Assembly: GCA_964016885.1 (NCBI GenBank)
Contig: OZ024740.1
Coordinates: forward strand, 94,426,001-94,490,000
Direction: 5' to 3'
DNA from: Eledone cirrhosa
Lineage: Eukaryota
DNA: 64,000 nt
Notes under the pieces: model-generated
Database searches by the model: none
What the model was told of the DNA's origin: nothing
What the model saw: the letters and a program-made list of their open reading frames with translations, nothing else
Part shown: positions 43,141 to 58,278 of the stretch, one piece after another
Numbering within the stretch: position 1 is the first letter of the stretch
Layout of the letters: each line of letters starts with the position of its first letter
Program-made: the position numbers and the translations under genes

Positions 43141-44375
43141 GTGAAGGGGGGGGGGGGCATTTTGATGTGCAAAATATGGCCAGAAACATATATATATATA
43201 CTCGTTATATAATATATATAGACTTTGAAGCATTTTTTAAATAATTATTATAGCCAAACAGGCCCAACATCCCGGGAATGATGACGATTTCGAATAGGAA
43301 AAAGAGGAGTAGGACGCAGATGACGATGACGGTGGTAATGATGAGGATAATTAAGATGATGACGTTGTCGGTTTGTCCATGACGTTGTTGTAGATGATTG
43401 TTTTGATGATGGTTAAGTTTATATTTCCGATGTACTTACAGTTGATTTTCAATGATGATCATGTTTATCAAGTTAATCCTGGAGGTTATCATCAGCAACA
43501 TCGTCATAAAAAACATCATTGGTGAAGCAGAATATAATATTGATGACAAAACTGATAATGGCAAAAAAATAATCGGAAGTATTTCATTGATTACTATGTC
43601 TCCAAATGTTATCATTGATAAGAATACATATGCTATGACATTGAAGCTAAGTCGATCAATTGTTGTAGGCTGCTGTATTTGATTTAAATATTTCCTCCAG
43701 GGTAAGAGTGGGAAATTTAATTAACAATTGAAAATGTATAACTATCAAACTGAGGGGTGTAATTGAATTATATCCTAAGACCTGTTATTTATGCCTATAT
43801 TAATTTTTTTGTGAGAAAGTAGAATTGTACTGTGTATGTACTGAGGATAATAAGTTTGCAATGACATACTGTAGGAAAATAGTAACGATGCCAAATGTCT
43901 TACTGAACATTTACAGTATACATTTAAAATATAAAGCGTGTATCTGCTACTCTCTCTGTACATAATAATAAAGCTTACTATTCTGCTTAGCTGCATAATA
44001 CAATTAGTTACCACAAGTACATAAAATGCAACATTATAAGAATAGTCATTGAATGGAGACGAACAAAACTTAAGGTATGTTTGTTGTTTATTTTTATAGA
44101 ATGTGTGCATATAATGTCCGTGAACATATGCCGTTTTAATATCTACAGTTTGTCCTTCTAAAAATGAGTGAATAACAAGAAGACTTATACGCTTACATAC
44201 GAGTTGAATTCTAATATCCGAAACCAATGTTAATATCCGTGTTTATGTTTGTAGAAGCGTTTCTGAATGTAGTCAAATAAGTTTCAAATATACTGCCATG
44301 GTTTATAACAACGAAGGGAATATTTTGAAATTATCCAGGCATACATGCACTTCCCGTACATGCAAACATACATAA

Positions 44376-44435
<60 letters not shown>

Positions 44436-44649
44436 ACACACACAGACTTAATTAAGCTATCAATATCCTCCCCAACACCACAAAATGTTAAATGATAAAA
44501 AACACTTTCAGTATTGAGAAATATTTTGTTATCACTAAGTTTCAGTTGCTTTCAAGCAAACTGCAAAATCGGATATTTCATTCAAAATGATGCCTAATTT
44601 AATGTGAAATCAAAATTAAGTTTTCCGATATCTAGGTAAACATGTAACT

Positions 44650-45640
44650 GTAATTCCAGATGCAAGAAACTCTAAAGCTATTTGTGGTCTAGTCAACTTT
44701 TAAACAGCAACATGTTTATTCAGAATGTTGTACTAGTTTCAACCGGAGTATCCCTAAGAAGAAGTCACCGTTATGTTGCGTAATTGAAACGAGTCTTAAT
44801 TTCATACTGCTATTTGATAACCCATGTTTTTGAGGTTGTCTTCCTTAACATAGGCGATGAGGACTTCTACGTTATATAATATTTGTCGCGCAATGTTATT
44901 TCTTAGACCATTAGAATTAGGTCCATCTGTGCAAGTTATGCTAAATAAAGGCAGAGCAGGTCCATCTATTTCCACCAGGTTGTCTTCAATCTATATCAAA
45001 TCTGCGTTATAATATTCGTATTAAAACTTCCATGTTAGAGTTTCTGAAATGCACGTTGCGTTTGATGTCCTCGGACATGTCGTCATTACATAAAAACCAC
45101 AACGCCGATGGCTGGAGTTTATCGCAATTATGTAATATAGTTGCGAACAAATTTCGAATACTTTTGGTGGCCAGAGAGACGTCCCATAAAATGTTGCAAC
45201 CTGTTGATTGTCGATCTCCATCAGACGACCACGCATCGACGTAACTTGGTCGGTATTAAAATGAAAAGAATTCAATTTAAGAATTGCATCAATCATCATT
45301 AAGCAGCATCCTCGTGTTTAAAAATTAGTACTGTCCTTGATGTAATGTGTAAATCCTACCAAGTGTTTTTGCTTTACAAATTTCAGGAAGATTTTCTCCT
45401 TATTTTCCTTGCTTTGCCGAATCTATTTTTTACTATGTTTATCAAAGTTGTAGGAGTTTGGTATTTGTGGAAAGCTGTATAGTCAACAAACCCCAACATA
45501 TGCTACCAAGGTTGTTCATATTCGTGCCATGCCTTGTCGCTTTGCATTTTGGAATGTAAAATATACTGGTTGTCCATCTTCTAAATGAACGTCAATCTTT
45601 TCAATGGGTCTGAATTGGGAATCCGAAAATGGTAGTTGAA
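44650..45640 (-). mobile_element. Probable MULE (Mutator) transposase remnant
   Basis: FYGTSLWPPKVFEICSQLYYIIA..CGFYVM resembles the MULE DGTF..P..F.QLYTIHA..PCVF motif. Heavily degraded. Confidence 0.45.
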
Positions 45641-46461
45641 TGCTTCATTATTGTTGAAGTAAACCCCGTATAATTTTGAGATCGGGCCAGTGTATTAGGT
45701 ACTATGTATGTTTGTGTATATATGATTATACTTCCATGTATGTGCATATATGATTGTATTTGTACGTCTGGGTGTATATAATTATACACGTATGTATGCA
45801 TGCGGTATACGGGGTAAGGTATGGTTGATTCACCTAAGGTGCTACCTGTGCTGAGAAGGTGAGGAGTTTACTTCGCATATAGATGTACCTCTTTAGCATC
45901 TTGTGAGCCTATTATATGGCGGGACTGTTTCTGAGAATGTATGTAGGTGAAAAAGAATATATATCATACACGGTAGCGAATCGACGGCATTTATGAATAT
46001 ATATGCATGCAAACATAATTATTTATCTATCTTCACCCCCATAGATTTAAATACGAAAACCAACTCCTTCGATAGTAGAAATACTAACATTCATGTTATT
46101 ATGCCAGCATGTTCTATGCCCTAGTTACAAGACCTGTGTATACACGTTTGAATTTGAGTTTAGACTGTGTAAATATTACACAAACATCCAAACGCATGTT
46201 TAAGATTTAAATATTAGTTCCATTATTCTAAGATAAATTCTCATTTACGTAATCTGTGTCTTATAAGCCTATTTATTGCCGTCAGAAATAAGGATTTTGC
46301 ATTTTGGACATAATTAACAATTGCTTGACTTTCAGAAATTATAACATTACATTTATGCCGACTTTATCGCTACAATACGTGCAATCATCATTTCACTTGT
46401 TTAATCATTAAACCAGGTATTCCCTGTATATATAGCGCTGTAATTATTTGTTCATAGAAAA

Positions 46462-46652
46462 GGGCGGTGGATTGGCAGTATCAGTAGAGGGTCGGATGCC
46501 TTGCTTTCCAGCATAGTTACATCCCTTTACGATCTGAGTTCAAATCCCGCCGAGGTTGACTTTGCTTTTCATCCTTACGGGGTCGATAAAATAAAGTACC
46601 AGTAATGCACTGGGTGATTGCTGGCCTTGTGCATGAAGTAGAAAGAATTATT
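46462..46652 (+). mobile_element. tRNA-derived SINE family A with TSD
   Basis: A and B boxes; TSD aattatttgttYatagaaa at 46442-46460 and 46646-46664. Confidence 0.92.
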
Positions 46653-48309
46653 TGTTTATAGAAATGAACATTTTGGATTTGTATCATGTAGCTTGACAAA
46701 AAAGCAACTAGACTATGGATATCAGAAATGTATCAACACAATTATGCGAAATATTTGATATAGCTGAATCCTATTTCGTATAATATATTGAGACCATGCC
46801 GAAAGAAAGTAAAGAAAGAATTATATGTACATTCTCCCCTTGCACCGTGTTTCAGTCGTGCAAGGATTATTAAGAATATTAATGTTTCTGTCCTATAAGA
46901 AAGGCAAATCTATCCATTAAAGTACCAATCATATTTGCATAGATAGAAAGGCCTACTGAAAATTAAATTGATATTTTTGGGAGATTATCTCCCATGTGAT
47001 CGTTTCAAATAAATGGACTTCGTGATTCCCATAAATCTACGTATTCTTTATTGTGCAAGGTTTACTGAACGTTTCAGTCTTACGTAACATGAGTAAAACA
47101 GTATCTAACTCTGTAAAACGATGCGAAATTCCAACATGAAAACGTGCTATGTAGTGTGCAGAGGAAGCACTACTATTATAGCAGTGATATTGCACCAAAT
47201 GTTAACATAGCTGCGCAAAATGAGTTTTGTATGAGGAATAAAGCAAATTAACGTAGTGAGTTTGGCCGCCACAAAACTGTAAAAAATATAAGGTTAAAAG
47301 AATAACAGTTTAAGTATACGCTACTATTGTTAATATTTGTATTTTATTTCTTGTTAATCATCTTGTACCAGGCTATATGAAGTAAGATATGTATATTGAT
47401 CGACGTCAAACATTACTGTATGTGGAACACTATCTCATTTTCTAACAATTAACTGATTACACAAGAGAAAAATACAACTCAATGACTGCATATTCATTTA
47501 AAGTATGATATTGTTGCAAAACTGTCTATATACTTTCGACGCTTGCACATCATTGGAAGATTCAAAGAAATATTGAAGAAATAATTTGTGTGAGGGAAAT
47601 AAATAGAAAGTTATAGAGTCGGGAGTAATATGAAAGGAAAAGGAAAATCTTCAGTGGGTGAGGAAAAACTTGACATCTTTAGTTAGCTATTTACAAACAC
47701 CCCTAAACACACCCGAATATATATATATATATGTTGGTATGTGGTTAACGGCTGAATGAAAGGAGTACTCAAAATCAAAGTATATGGTTTAATATTCCCT
47801 TTATTAAGGCCAAAAGAGTGAGTCATGTTACTCTGGATCTTAAGTCTGTTTCACATGGTCATAAGACAACATGTAACGTCTTAATAGAAAAACCAGTAAA
47901 AATAAAGAAGACACGATGTGGCGGAGGAGTATTTAATTGAGGAGATGTATTTAAGTTGCTATGTGATGGAGGATTGGACTGTAAAAAATATGACAATATG
48001 AAAATTGTAAAGTGCCATAGACATTCAACCAGTCAGTGGGAAGCAGCTGATGAATGTGATGGTGAGTGTATAGAAAAGGACGTTAGTGAAAATGTTGGTG
48101 TGGTGGGTCAGATAAAATGGTGGGTGGAATATATATATGTATACAATTACACATGCACAAAAATATACACAGTCACACACAAACGTATATGCACGTTTAT
48201 ACAAACCGGATACACATACGCTGGTACTACATATATATATAGACACAGAAACATAAAAAAATACACATACATATACACAATACATACAGGTGTATGTAAA
48301 CATAAACCC

Positions 48310-48339
48310 AAACACACGCACACACACACACACACAGAG

Positions 48340-48411
<72 letters not shown>

Positions 48412-48476
48412 TTGTGTGTGTGTGTGTATGTGTGTATCTGGATGTATCTGTATGTATATATATATGTGTGTGTGCG

Positions 48477-48507
<31 letters not shown>

Positions 48508-48570
48508 ATGTGTATATATGTGTGTGTGTATGTGTGTATGTATATGTATGTGTGTGTGTATGTATCTGTG

Positions 48571-48610
<40 letters not shown>

Positions 48611-48662
48611 GATGTATATGTATATGTATGTATGTGTGGATGAAGGTATGTGTGTATATATA
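48310..48662. repeat. (CA)/(TA)/(TG) compound microsatellite
   Basis: Direct reading. Confidence 0.9.
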
Positions 48663-48974
48663 GGTGTAAGTGAACTAAATCCCTTTCTATCACGCTCCAC
48701 TCTCCTACCCACCACAGGAAGATATATGTATGTATATTGCTTCCACCCCCTCACTGACCAGCAGCTGGCCAGTTGGCCATTGCTAAATCTGACCTTTATA
48801 AAATAACCCACTCCCCAAATAACTTCTCATTCACTACCAGAAAGGGACACAGCAGTCAACTTGTTGTTGCTACCTAGATGAAAACTACTATGAAATCCCA
48901 CAATGAATTTTATACTTGAATTTTCAATTCTCAAATTTTAACTCTTCGTATTATTAATTCTTCTTAATATTAAT

Positions 48975-49025
48975 CAACATTTGAAAAGATGGCTTTTGCA
49001 GACCCATCGAAACCGGTCATTTTTT
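48975..49025 (+). ncRNA. Degenerate hammerhead motif in a probable solo PLE pseudo-LTR
   Basis: ttgaaaa-gatgg..ccatc-GAAA-ccggtc: helix II and the palindromic ACCGGT are intact, but the CUGANGA core is mutated. Confidence 0.45.
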
Positions 49026-49447
49026 ATACACTTTATTATTTCCTTACCTTATAAAATTATATGTTTTTTCACAAAAAAGTATTCTGTCTCTTATATATTC
49101 CATGTGCCATTACCAACCTCAATTTTCTCTATAACCTTCGTGTTGTGTAGAAAATTACACTTTTCATATATATATATATATATATACATATACACGCACA
49201 CAAACATGTGTGCATATTTTATCCATTTACATACAGGCAAATGTACACCCATATGAATGCCAATATACACCTACAAACATTCGCTTACATGTCATACGTG
49301 GAAACATAATAATAAAAAAATGCCTACATAAAACACGCATATGCATATATAGATATCGCGATAACAAGATAGGTTCCCCAGCATGCAAGCATACACACGG
49401 TGGACGAGTAGATGTGTCATTACTGCAATGGTATCAGTATAGATGAG

Positions 49448-49514
49448 TAATGGTGGTAACGGCAGTGGTATTGCTGTAGTTGCTACAGCAATACCACTGC
49501 CGTTACCACCATTA
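49448..49514. repeat. Perfect hairpin, 32-bp stem, 3-nt loop
   Basis: taatggtggtaacggcagtggtattgctgtag-ttg-ctacagcaataccactgccgttaccaccatta. Confidence 0.95.
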
Positions 49515-51333
49515 TACGGCAGTGGTATAGCGATGATTTTAATCATTAAGTTGGGTGCAGATTAAGGGAATATAAAATTACATAAGTTTGAAATGTGAAG
49601 AGTGAATGGTGGGAGGGTGGTATTGGTGTTAAATGTATTAGTAAAATATATAAGATGTTTTTATATAAAATGTGGTGATATAAAGGAATTAATTACAATA
49701 AAGATTATAGAAATGTATATATTATGGAATTATATATGATGAGGATAGTGATGTTAGCGTGTTGGTGTTTGTCACATATAAGATATGAGGAATAAAGGAA
49801 GTATGGAAAAATAGAAAAGGCTAAAAAATGAATAATAGAGAAAGGGTAATGAAAAATGGAAGAATTTATATTTGGAAACTTGGACAGGTGTTCAAATCTA
49901 CAGGAAAGAAAAAAGTAAATAATTAAGAATTAAACATTGGAAAATTATATTACTAATAATATAATTTGAGTAAACTAAAATACGAGGATCGTGGAGATCA
50001 TGAGATAGCAGTGTTTATTGTAGGGAATATGGCATTTAACACATAAGATTAGTGAAATATAGGAACTTTGATATTTATGCTGTGTTACCCACAGTTAGTC
50101 AGTCATAGTAGATGGTAGTCGTTGCCGAGATATAGAGTCTAGACGGTGTGATATGGGTAGTGTCTCCGACATTTGTACAATCCGGTACACATCGTTATCT
50201 GCTAGGTAATCCGTGGGGGAATTCGTTATCCGGTGTACTCTCCAGTGCGTAGATATGTTAGAAGCGACACAAACATAACGTTTTTTTGTGAGCAAACGGG
50301 AGGACAATGTTTCTTCCTAAGAGTTCAATGTTAATTGGTGTGGTTAGAGCATTTAGATTTCCAATGGTATATAAGCGGAATATCGTGCCACGTCAGTTGT
50401 AGGTCTTTGCTGTTACCGAATTACTCAATTTGATGGTAATGTTTGTCATCCCGTTGTATTTTAATTGCCAAATATAAGCATCGATCTTCAGTACGTAAAT
50501 GTCACTGTTCCTGTTGTGGGCAGATATGTATATACAAAAGATTAACGTATCTCATTAGTTGGGATATAATCAACGTAGCTTATATAATAGATTATCGCAA
50601 TAATCCAAACAAGTTTCTGTTGTCACAGTGAGAGTAATTAAATAATCCAATATAAGTATTCAGCGGAGTTACGTATAAATTAAGTTGTAGAAAAACTTCG
50701 ATGTGGTAAATAAGTCAGTGCTCATTAATTCTTTTTCTATTAATATGATCCATTTTATTATACTGCCAGGTAATAATTTCGTAGTAACTCCCCAGAGGAA
50801 ATACCGAGAAATATGATTTACAAAACTGCTGTTTTGTTCCTGCTGCCTCTGTATTTTGCGTCGTAATTATTTTCACGATCGTAAGACATCTAAATAATGA
50901 ATTGTTTATGCAAACGCTTATTCCTTTTTTCAGTTTAAAATATCATTTAAAACTTTTGTAAATCATTCACATGTTTCATCAACATTTTATGAAACATATA
51001 TGCTTCCTGTCACTTATCACAAACAGATTGATCATCCCCTAATTCACTCATTCTTTCCACTTGTTCATCCTATTTCGGTCTTTCTTTAAACATGCAATCA
51101 CACTTGCTTTCAGATCAATCTGTGTGAGACTGGTTTATGGGTATCATTGATGTCTACTCCCTGTTCCCAACTTGGGTAAACACCAATCTTTTCTATGGAT
51201 GAATGCTGAATATATCTTACATGAGAATCATAGGAATTGTAACAAGCAGTGAGAATTGTACAGTGTTCCCCCGAGATGTATCTAATTGTAAGCACTCCTT
51301 GATATCCCAATGTGACATTAGGGTGCAACACAT

Positions 51334-51512
51334 AATTGTTGCTACTTTAGGCACAAGGCCAGCAATTACCCAGTGCATTACTGGTACTCTATATTATCGA
51401 CCCCGTAAGGATGAATGTCAAAATCAACCTCGGCGGGATTTGAACTCAGATCGTAAAGGGACGTAACTATGCTGGAAAGCATAGCGTCCGACCCTCTACC
51501 GATACTGCCAAT
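51334..51512 (-). mobile_element. tRNA-derived SINE family A with TSD
   Basis: Full body; TSD caacacataat at 51326-51336 and 51515-51525. Confidence 0.92.
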
Positions 51513-53319
51513 TACAACACATAATAAAGAGGAAACACATGTCAAATATATAGTTACCGTTTGCAAGTTTTCCAGCAGACAAAGTTATATTAAAACATCT
51601 GTATTTTATGGATAGGCCCCATTTAGTATGCCATATACATGTTTTCAAATAGAGAGATAAAGTATATTTTCAAAAACAAAAACAAAAAAAAACAAATATG
51701 ATAAACAGTTTCTAAATCCATAGTGTAGGTTAAATATTGAAATTGTTTGAACTTAAAACATGGCTAATTCTGAAAATGAATTCGTTTATTCAATGCTCTT
51801 TACCCACCTACCAAATTCTATTTTATGCAATTATAACATTCTCAATATTTCTTACAGTATCAACTGTTGCTGCATTGTAATATGGACTGTCAAATATTTC
51901 TATTTCTACAAGGATATGTCCCCTTGGTTACGGAACATTTCCTTGTCATCTGTTATGTTTGGACCCAGGTGTCATATATAATTAATGATTTTTTTTCCTA
52001 CAGAAAAGCAGAGGCCGTGTTATATATTGGTTTCGCGTGCGTCAATTCATTCACGTTTGTAGTTGCGAGAAAATGAGGAAGGTTGATATCTTTGTAGTTG
52101 GAGTTGCTCATATCATGTTTCTTCAATAATGTACATTTTTTTTTGTCAGAGAATAAGCGGCCAACTTCTCTTAGCAACTAAAGTAATCAAATATTATATC
52201 TATTTATTGAATTATAGGATTTCAATTCCACGATGATTACTTTAATTAAATTTAATCAATGATTTATCAGATAATTATTAACCGGAACGAAAAAATATTA
52301 CAGATAAAATCAAACTAAACTCTTTCATTTTTAGTTGATTCAACAGGTTACGTTATTCTTTTTTTTTGTTTTTTTTAATTATTGCTTAAACTATGTTTTG
52401 AAAATACTATTTTCATGTCGATCGTTCGTTGAAATATTATATTCTGCAAAACATCGAATTATAAAATATACATAATTTTGGAAAACCAAAATATTCAACT
52501 GATAATTAATCGTTTGAAAATGAAACCATTCGATTCTAAAATATGATAAATACCCCCCCCCCCCCCCCCGCACACACATAAGCAAGCATATATATCATTG
52601 ATAACATTCAATATGATTAATAAAACGTATTACCCTTGCTTAAAAATGAATCATACTTTGGACAAACGTTCTAATATGTACTGACCAACATCTTGTATAT
52701 AGAAAATCTAATATTTCCCCAAAATGATATTTAGAATGTTCTTGTCAGTTTGATATTATTTAACATCAACATCAAAACATTTTCTACAATATGACATATT
52801 CATTTATGTTACACCTTTTGTAGTTTTAGACCTAAGACTGGGACCACCATATTAATTTGAATGTGTACATTATAGGTTAACAATAATCGATGAAAAAGTA
52901 TATTGTGTATTTTACGTATTCCCACAAATCACACAAATGCTCCTGCACTTTCGGTTTGCTCTTGAACACATTTCATTAAAATAGCACTACGGATATGCTA
53001 TCTCACTCTGTCATTTGCTAAAGAAATGTTTCAAATTATTAACCATGTCATATGAATTCGAGGCAAATTAATAATAACCAACATTGTGTCTCCTGCCATG
53101 TTATTTAACTGTTTTTACTTCACGGAATGATTAAGGTAAGGTCAAGAATAAATAAAGGACATTTTAAATTCTTCAGAATCTTGTAATTTATTTGGTTTAG
53201 GACATTTCAATAAAGATTACTCGAATTAATAACGTAATCATCCTGGCATGTAACATCATCGTCCTTTTCATCATCATCATCAGCAACAGCAGCAGTATAC
53301 ATGTATTCATGTATATCTA

Positions 53320-53715
53320 TATATACTAGTAAACTCCATGATTGCGTGCTCTCCTGCTTGCTTGTCTGTAATGTAAACAGTCTAAAGGGAGCACAATGGG
53401 AACACATTTTCACAGGAATACGAATCAAATTAAAAAAAGTTCCGCATAAATCGGTGCACGGGTTCCCGAGACATACTGCTTTTCCGGGTACATTCATAAA
53501 CAGAGAGAGAGAGAGAAGGATAGAGAGAAATATATAGTGGTTATGAGAGAGTAGATTGAAAGAGAGACATAGAGAGAGTGAGACGAGACATAGAAGGTAA
53601 ATGGAAGAGATAGAGCTGGTGGGGTTGTTGTGTATGTATATATGTGGGAGTGGGTGTATATATATATGTGTGTGTGTCTATGACCAGTGTATATATATCA
53701 CATATACCCACATAT
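53320..53715. repeat. Dispersed repeat, copy 1 (sister at 59322-59775)
   Basis: Shared blocks tgcttgcttgtct, taaatcggWgcacg, tatagtggtt..gtagattgaaaga, ctatgaccagtgtatata. Confidence 0.8.
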
Positions 53716-53759
53716 ACACACACATACATACATATACATATATATATATGTGCAAAAGA

Positions 53760-55250
53760 AACTAAAGAACGCTTACATACTCAAACGGTCTTTATTCACT
53801 AACAACGTTTCATCCTCACCGTTTGGCAGGAATCATCAGAGCTTAATAAATACAGTGTTGAGTATAAGCTGCCCAAAAACTTAGTCACACGAACAATCAG
53901 TAAAAATAATAGGGGGATTGGAGATAGCTAACAAAGAAGTTCATGCTGGGGTTACTAAGCATAACTGCAAAATACCAATGCACAATTGGATTCAACAAGA
54001 TGAAGACACAGTAGATGGCACTCAAACATGCAGAATGTAAAATCAAAAAGTGTAAAAGCATTAACAAGTACAAAATAAATACATAAACGTACATAAAACA
54101 CACATAAACAATACATAAAAAATACATAAAAAATACATAAAGACATACAGGCAAATGTTAAAACATAATCTAAATTATTTTAAAGTAATAAAAAATATAA
54201 AAATAAAGATAAAAATAATAATAAATATAACAGAATAAAATGAAATAAAGTTAAATAAAATAAAATAAAATAAAATAAAATAAAATAAAGTAAAATAATT
54301 AAATAAAAAATACTAAAAATGAATTAAAATACAATAAAGTAATATATCAAGGATATTAAAATAATAATAAATGATAATACAATAATAAAATATATAATGA
54401 TATGATAAAATTAAATTAAAAAGAATTAAAAAATATTTAATAAGTTGAGAAAAGGTTTTATGTTATGAGCACTTAGAGAAAGCAAGATATTACAAGTGCA
54501 GTTCCTTGCAACACAAGCGAGTAGGATCTCAGTACTCTATATACAGGCTTGAAGACATATTGTTGGTACATCCAAAAGATCTCATTAATCCGAATGACTA
54601 CCATAATATACAATCACAAGGTATATCAGTAGGTACCCGAACTATGTAGCCAATTGGTGTTCACAAGTATATAGAAAGGTATCACAAAGGCACAGGCCTC
54701 GCACAAGTAAATATGGTTATTATATGGTGTTGCGGAGTGAAACAAGTAAATACATTCAAGGCATAAAAAGAAGCTATGCACAATCTGATTTAAGCTAATG
54801 TGCGATACAATTGAAGCAGTCTTATTATATTAGTTGTTATAAAGTTGTCATAAAGTAATTGGCAAAGTTATTATTCATGCACAATTAGTAATACAAGCAG
54901 GACTAATTGTTTACATATTTTACATATCCTCATGGGTTAAATATACGTAGTGATATATGAAGCGTAACAATTACATCATAACCCAAGAAAATGCCAGCTG
55001 GATTACGACAATAAACAACCACTCCATGTAAAAAAACACAGGTCAACATTAAAAATTGTTCAAGAATCATTTCAATCCAAGTCTGCACACACCATCCTGT
55101 GAGAAACATGTGAATATAATTTCTGGCCACAGCAACTTCGATCAGCATAGCCAACCAGTCTAAACAAAACAAAAGGAAATCAACACTCGTGCACAAGTTG
55201 TTAAATACTCTAAATACGATATCATGTTTGCTAAATATGGTCAACTTCAA
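53760..55250 (-). mobile_element. Highly degraded PLE 3' region with hammerhead-bearing pseudo-LTR
   Basis: Hammerhead core at 53795-53845 followed by AATAAA; upstream LCDTFLYTCEHQLAT*FG (~54630-54700) weakly resembles the GIY-YIG C..C..YIG..LA.RF segment. Confidence 0.4.
53795..53845 (-). ncRNA. Minimal hammerhead motif
   Basis: gct-CTGATGA-t tcctgcc aaac ggtgagga t-GAAA-cgttgtt-agt: intact core and helix II; helix I only about 3 bp. Confidence 0.55.
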
Positions 55251-55877
55251 ATATATAATCAGAGATTAAATGGAATAGATACAAAAATAAAGATAAAAAT
55301 ACAAATAGAGTCTACATACCACTAATATTAAATTAAATTAATACTGGCTCAGAACATTTTACTTTATTTAGCGCACTAAACTCTGTGCACATCACTTGAT
55401 GACGTAAGAAATGGTACACATGTGATAACAAAAGGGGGATAACTCTGATTATTCACCTAATAGGTAATTAATTCAGACTATGACCAAATTAAAGAGAAAA
55501 TAATATAAAGAGAAAAAATATAAGTTCAGTAACCTCACCCCATCCCATCCCAAAAACCCTACTCACCAACAACCGCACTACCCCACATCCCACTACATTA
55601 CTCCACCCCACACCCACTATACATCAGTAATTCTAGCCATACCACACCACCTAAAACTAGACTACACTAGAGCCCGCTACACGAAACTACAGGATATCAC
55701 CCCCACACCAATCCACACCACAATACTCCACCACATCACACCACACCAAACTATTAGATAACCAAACCGCGCAACACCACACAACACCCCACCAAACTAC
55801 AGTACACCACACTACAACACTTAAAAACACACTCCGCCCCACTACCCGAAACCTCACTATATATATATATACACACA

Positions 55878-55917
<40 letters not shown>

Positions 55918-56020
55918 AGTGTATTGAAGTTTCCGTTGAACATTGAAAAAGTCGTAGCATTGAAGAGTTCTCTATGTAAGTACCAGAGCAAAATTTAATG
56001 TATGATAAACAATACAATAT

Positions 56021-56098
56021 AATTACCTCATTACCAGAGGTTTCCCGAATAAGACGAATACGAAAAACGTCCCCATTCTTTCATCAGACAAGGCAATT
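56021..56098 (-). ncRNA. Type I hammerhead ribozyme motif with all three helices
   Basis: aattgccttgt-CTGATGA-aa gaatggggacg..cgtcttattc gg-GAAA-cc tct gg-TA^-atgaggtaatt: 11-bp helix I, 10-bp helix II, helix III acc/ggt, GUA cleavage triplet. Confidence 0.75.
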
Positions 56099-56589
56099 TA
56101 AAACATAGTGAAATACTTGGAAAGTCTCCTCAAGAAAGTCAAGAGTTTAACGGGTAAAAACATATATAAATAAAAGTAATGCAAGAGATATATAAACAAA
56201 TAAGGAAATATAGTTAGGGTATGTGTATATGTATGTATATACACTCACAAATGTATATATGTGTGTATGTACAAATGCATGTGGATGCTGAAATTCTGTG
56301 CGTAAGTGCATATATGAGGGCAAGTATATTTGTGTATATGTGACCACAAATACGTATATAATTTGAGTTGAAAAAGAAATTGTAAGATAATATAGTTAAC
56401 ATGCATCCAGATACAGGTATTAAATACACATACGAGTATGAAAGCACGCGTATAAACACACACACAAGCGCGGTCACTTATATGCGGAAGATAAAGAGGG
56501 AAAGGTGTGTAATTGTAAAAAGAAGTGTCATTCTCTATATATGTATAAAAATGAAACAATGAAAAAAATGTTTAAATCAAAGAGAAAGT

Positions 56590-56728
56590 AATCAATTAAC
56601 ACTAGAAAAAAGAAAACAAACATAGGTACGCACGTACACACATATATATGTATATATATAAATATTTATACACACTAATACGTACAGACAAAAGCGCATG
56701 CATGCGTACATACATACACACGAGGCAC

Positions 56729-56806
<78 letters not shown>

Positions 56807-57078
56807 CCACATGTATATCTAATCATACGCACGTACGCGACTATATATATATAGGTACATATATACATACACACCCATACATACGTATACATATACACAC
56901 ATATACATACACATACACATACATACACCCGTGTACACACACATGTATAAATAAATATAAAAAAATATAGATATAAAAGCACACATACACACACATATGT
57001 ATTCGTACGCACGCACACATACGGAGGCGTTCGTATACATATACAGAACGTATACACACATATGCACACTCACACGCA
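56590..57078. repeat. (TA)/(CA) low-complexity microsatellite region
   Basis: Direct reading. Confidence 0.9.
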
Positions 57079-57662
57079 TAGATACAGATTATAAACCAGC
57101 CGTATGAATAAATGCGTGCAAATATAAAATCGGCTGCGAAACAACAGAATATATCTGGAGTGGAAAAAAAAATAAATATATATATATGTGGTAACAAATA
57201 ATAGTTATACGCAGTCCACTTAGGTGTAGTCCAGTTATGGTATTCCGGGTAGTGGATGATATTAACGCTTGGCTAAGTTTGACTCAACAAGGCGTTTTCA
57301 TAGAGATGCTGCGAGTACGCTATGATTCCTATGTTGTAAACACTTGGAGTAATAATAAATAAGGAAAGAGGAGTAACACGGTTTGCTACACAAAAACGGT
57401 TGTTAATCTCATTGCTGACAATTGTTTATCTGAACTGGTAGGTCTAGATATCGATATCCGCTTTTTTTCGCGTTACTCGATCGCCAATACGAAATGATAA
57501 CCAGTCAGATCATCGGAGCTTGCGAGAATGAAGAGAATATACAGGCATGAAAGGAATATACAGGCTACTATATGTAGTAGTAATGGCATTCAGTTATAAC
57601 AATAACAACAATATCAACAATGCTAGCAATAAAATATTTGAAATAATCACATCAATCTAGGT

Positions 57663-57693
<31 letters not shown>

Positions 57694-58010
57694 GGGTATA
57701 GTATATCTATGTTTTTAGAGTGTAAAACTAGATGACATGAAGTAGATGTATAAAATTGACATGTAAAGACTGGCGTAGGGTGTATTATATCAAGTGTAAA
57801 GATAAGCCGGTGTTTTTAAACAATGTAGGTCAGGTGGCCGAAATAGTTAGTTTTTATCTGACCGATGAAGTATTTATCACTGTAGTAGAATTTGTGTGCT
57901 CTATATTAGATGAGAGATATGTCTATCTTTTCCCTCCTCAATAACATACATGTATAGGACAACGCTAACAAAGCTAAATAATGGGCAAGTTAATACAGAG
58001 GTTATGGAGG

Positions 58011-58278
<268 letters not shown>

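Noticed and set aside
50050-51320. Possible piggyBac remnant on the minus strand
   Set aside because: Faint motif resemblance only; no TTAA-flanked terminal repeats identified.
52004-52130. Acceptor followed by KSRGR.. as exon 2 of a GST-like gene
   Set aside because: Similarity stops after RGR, and the frame ends in a stop with no good donor.
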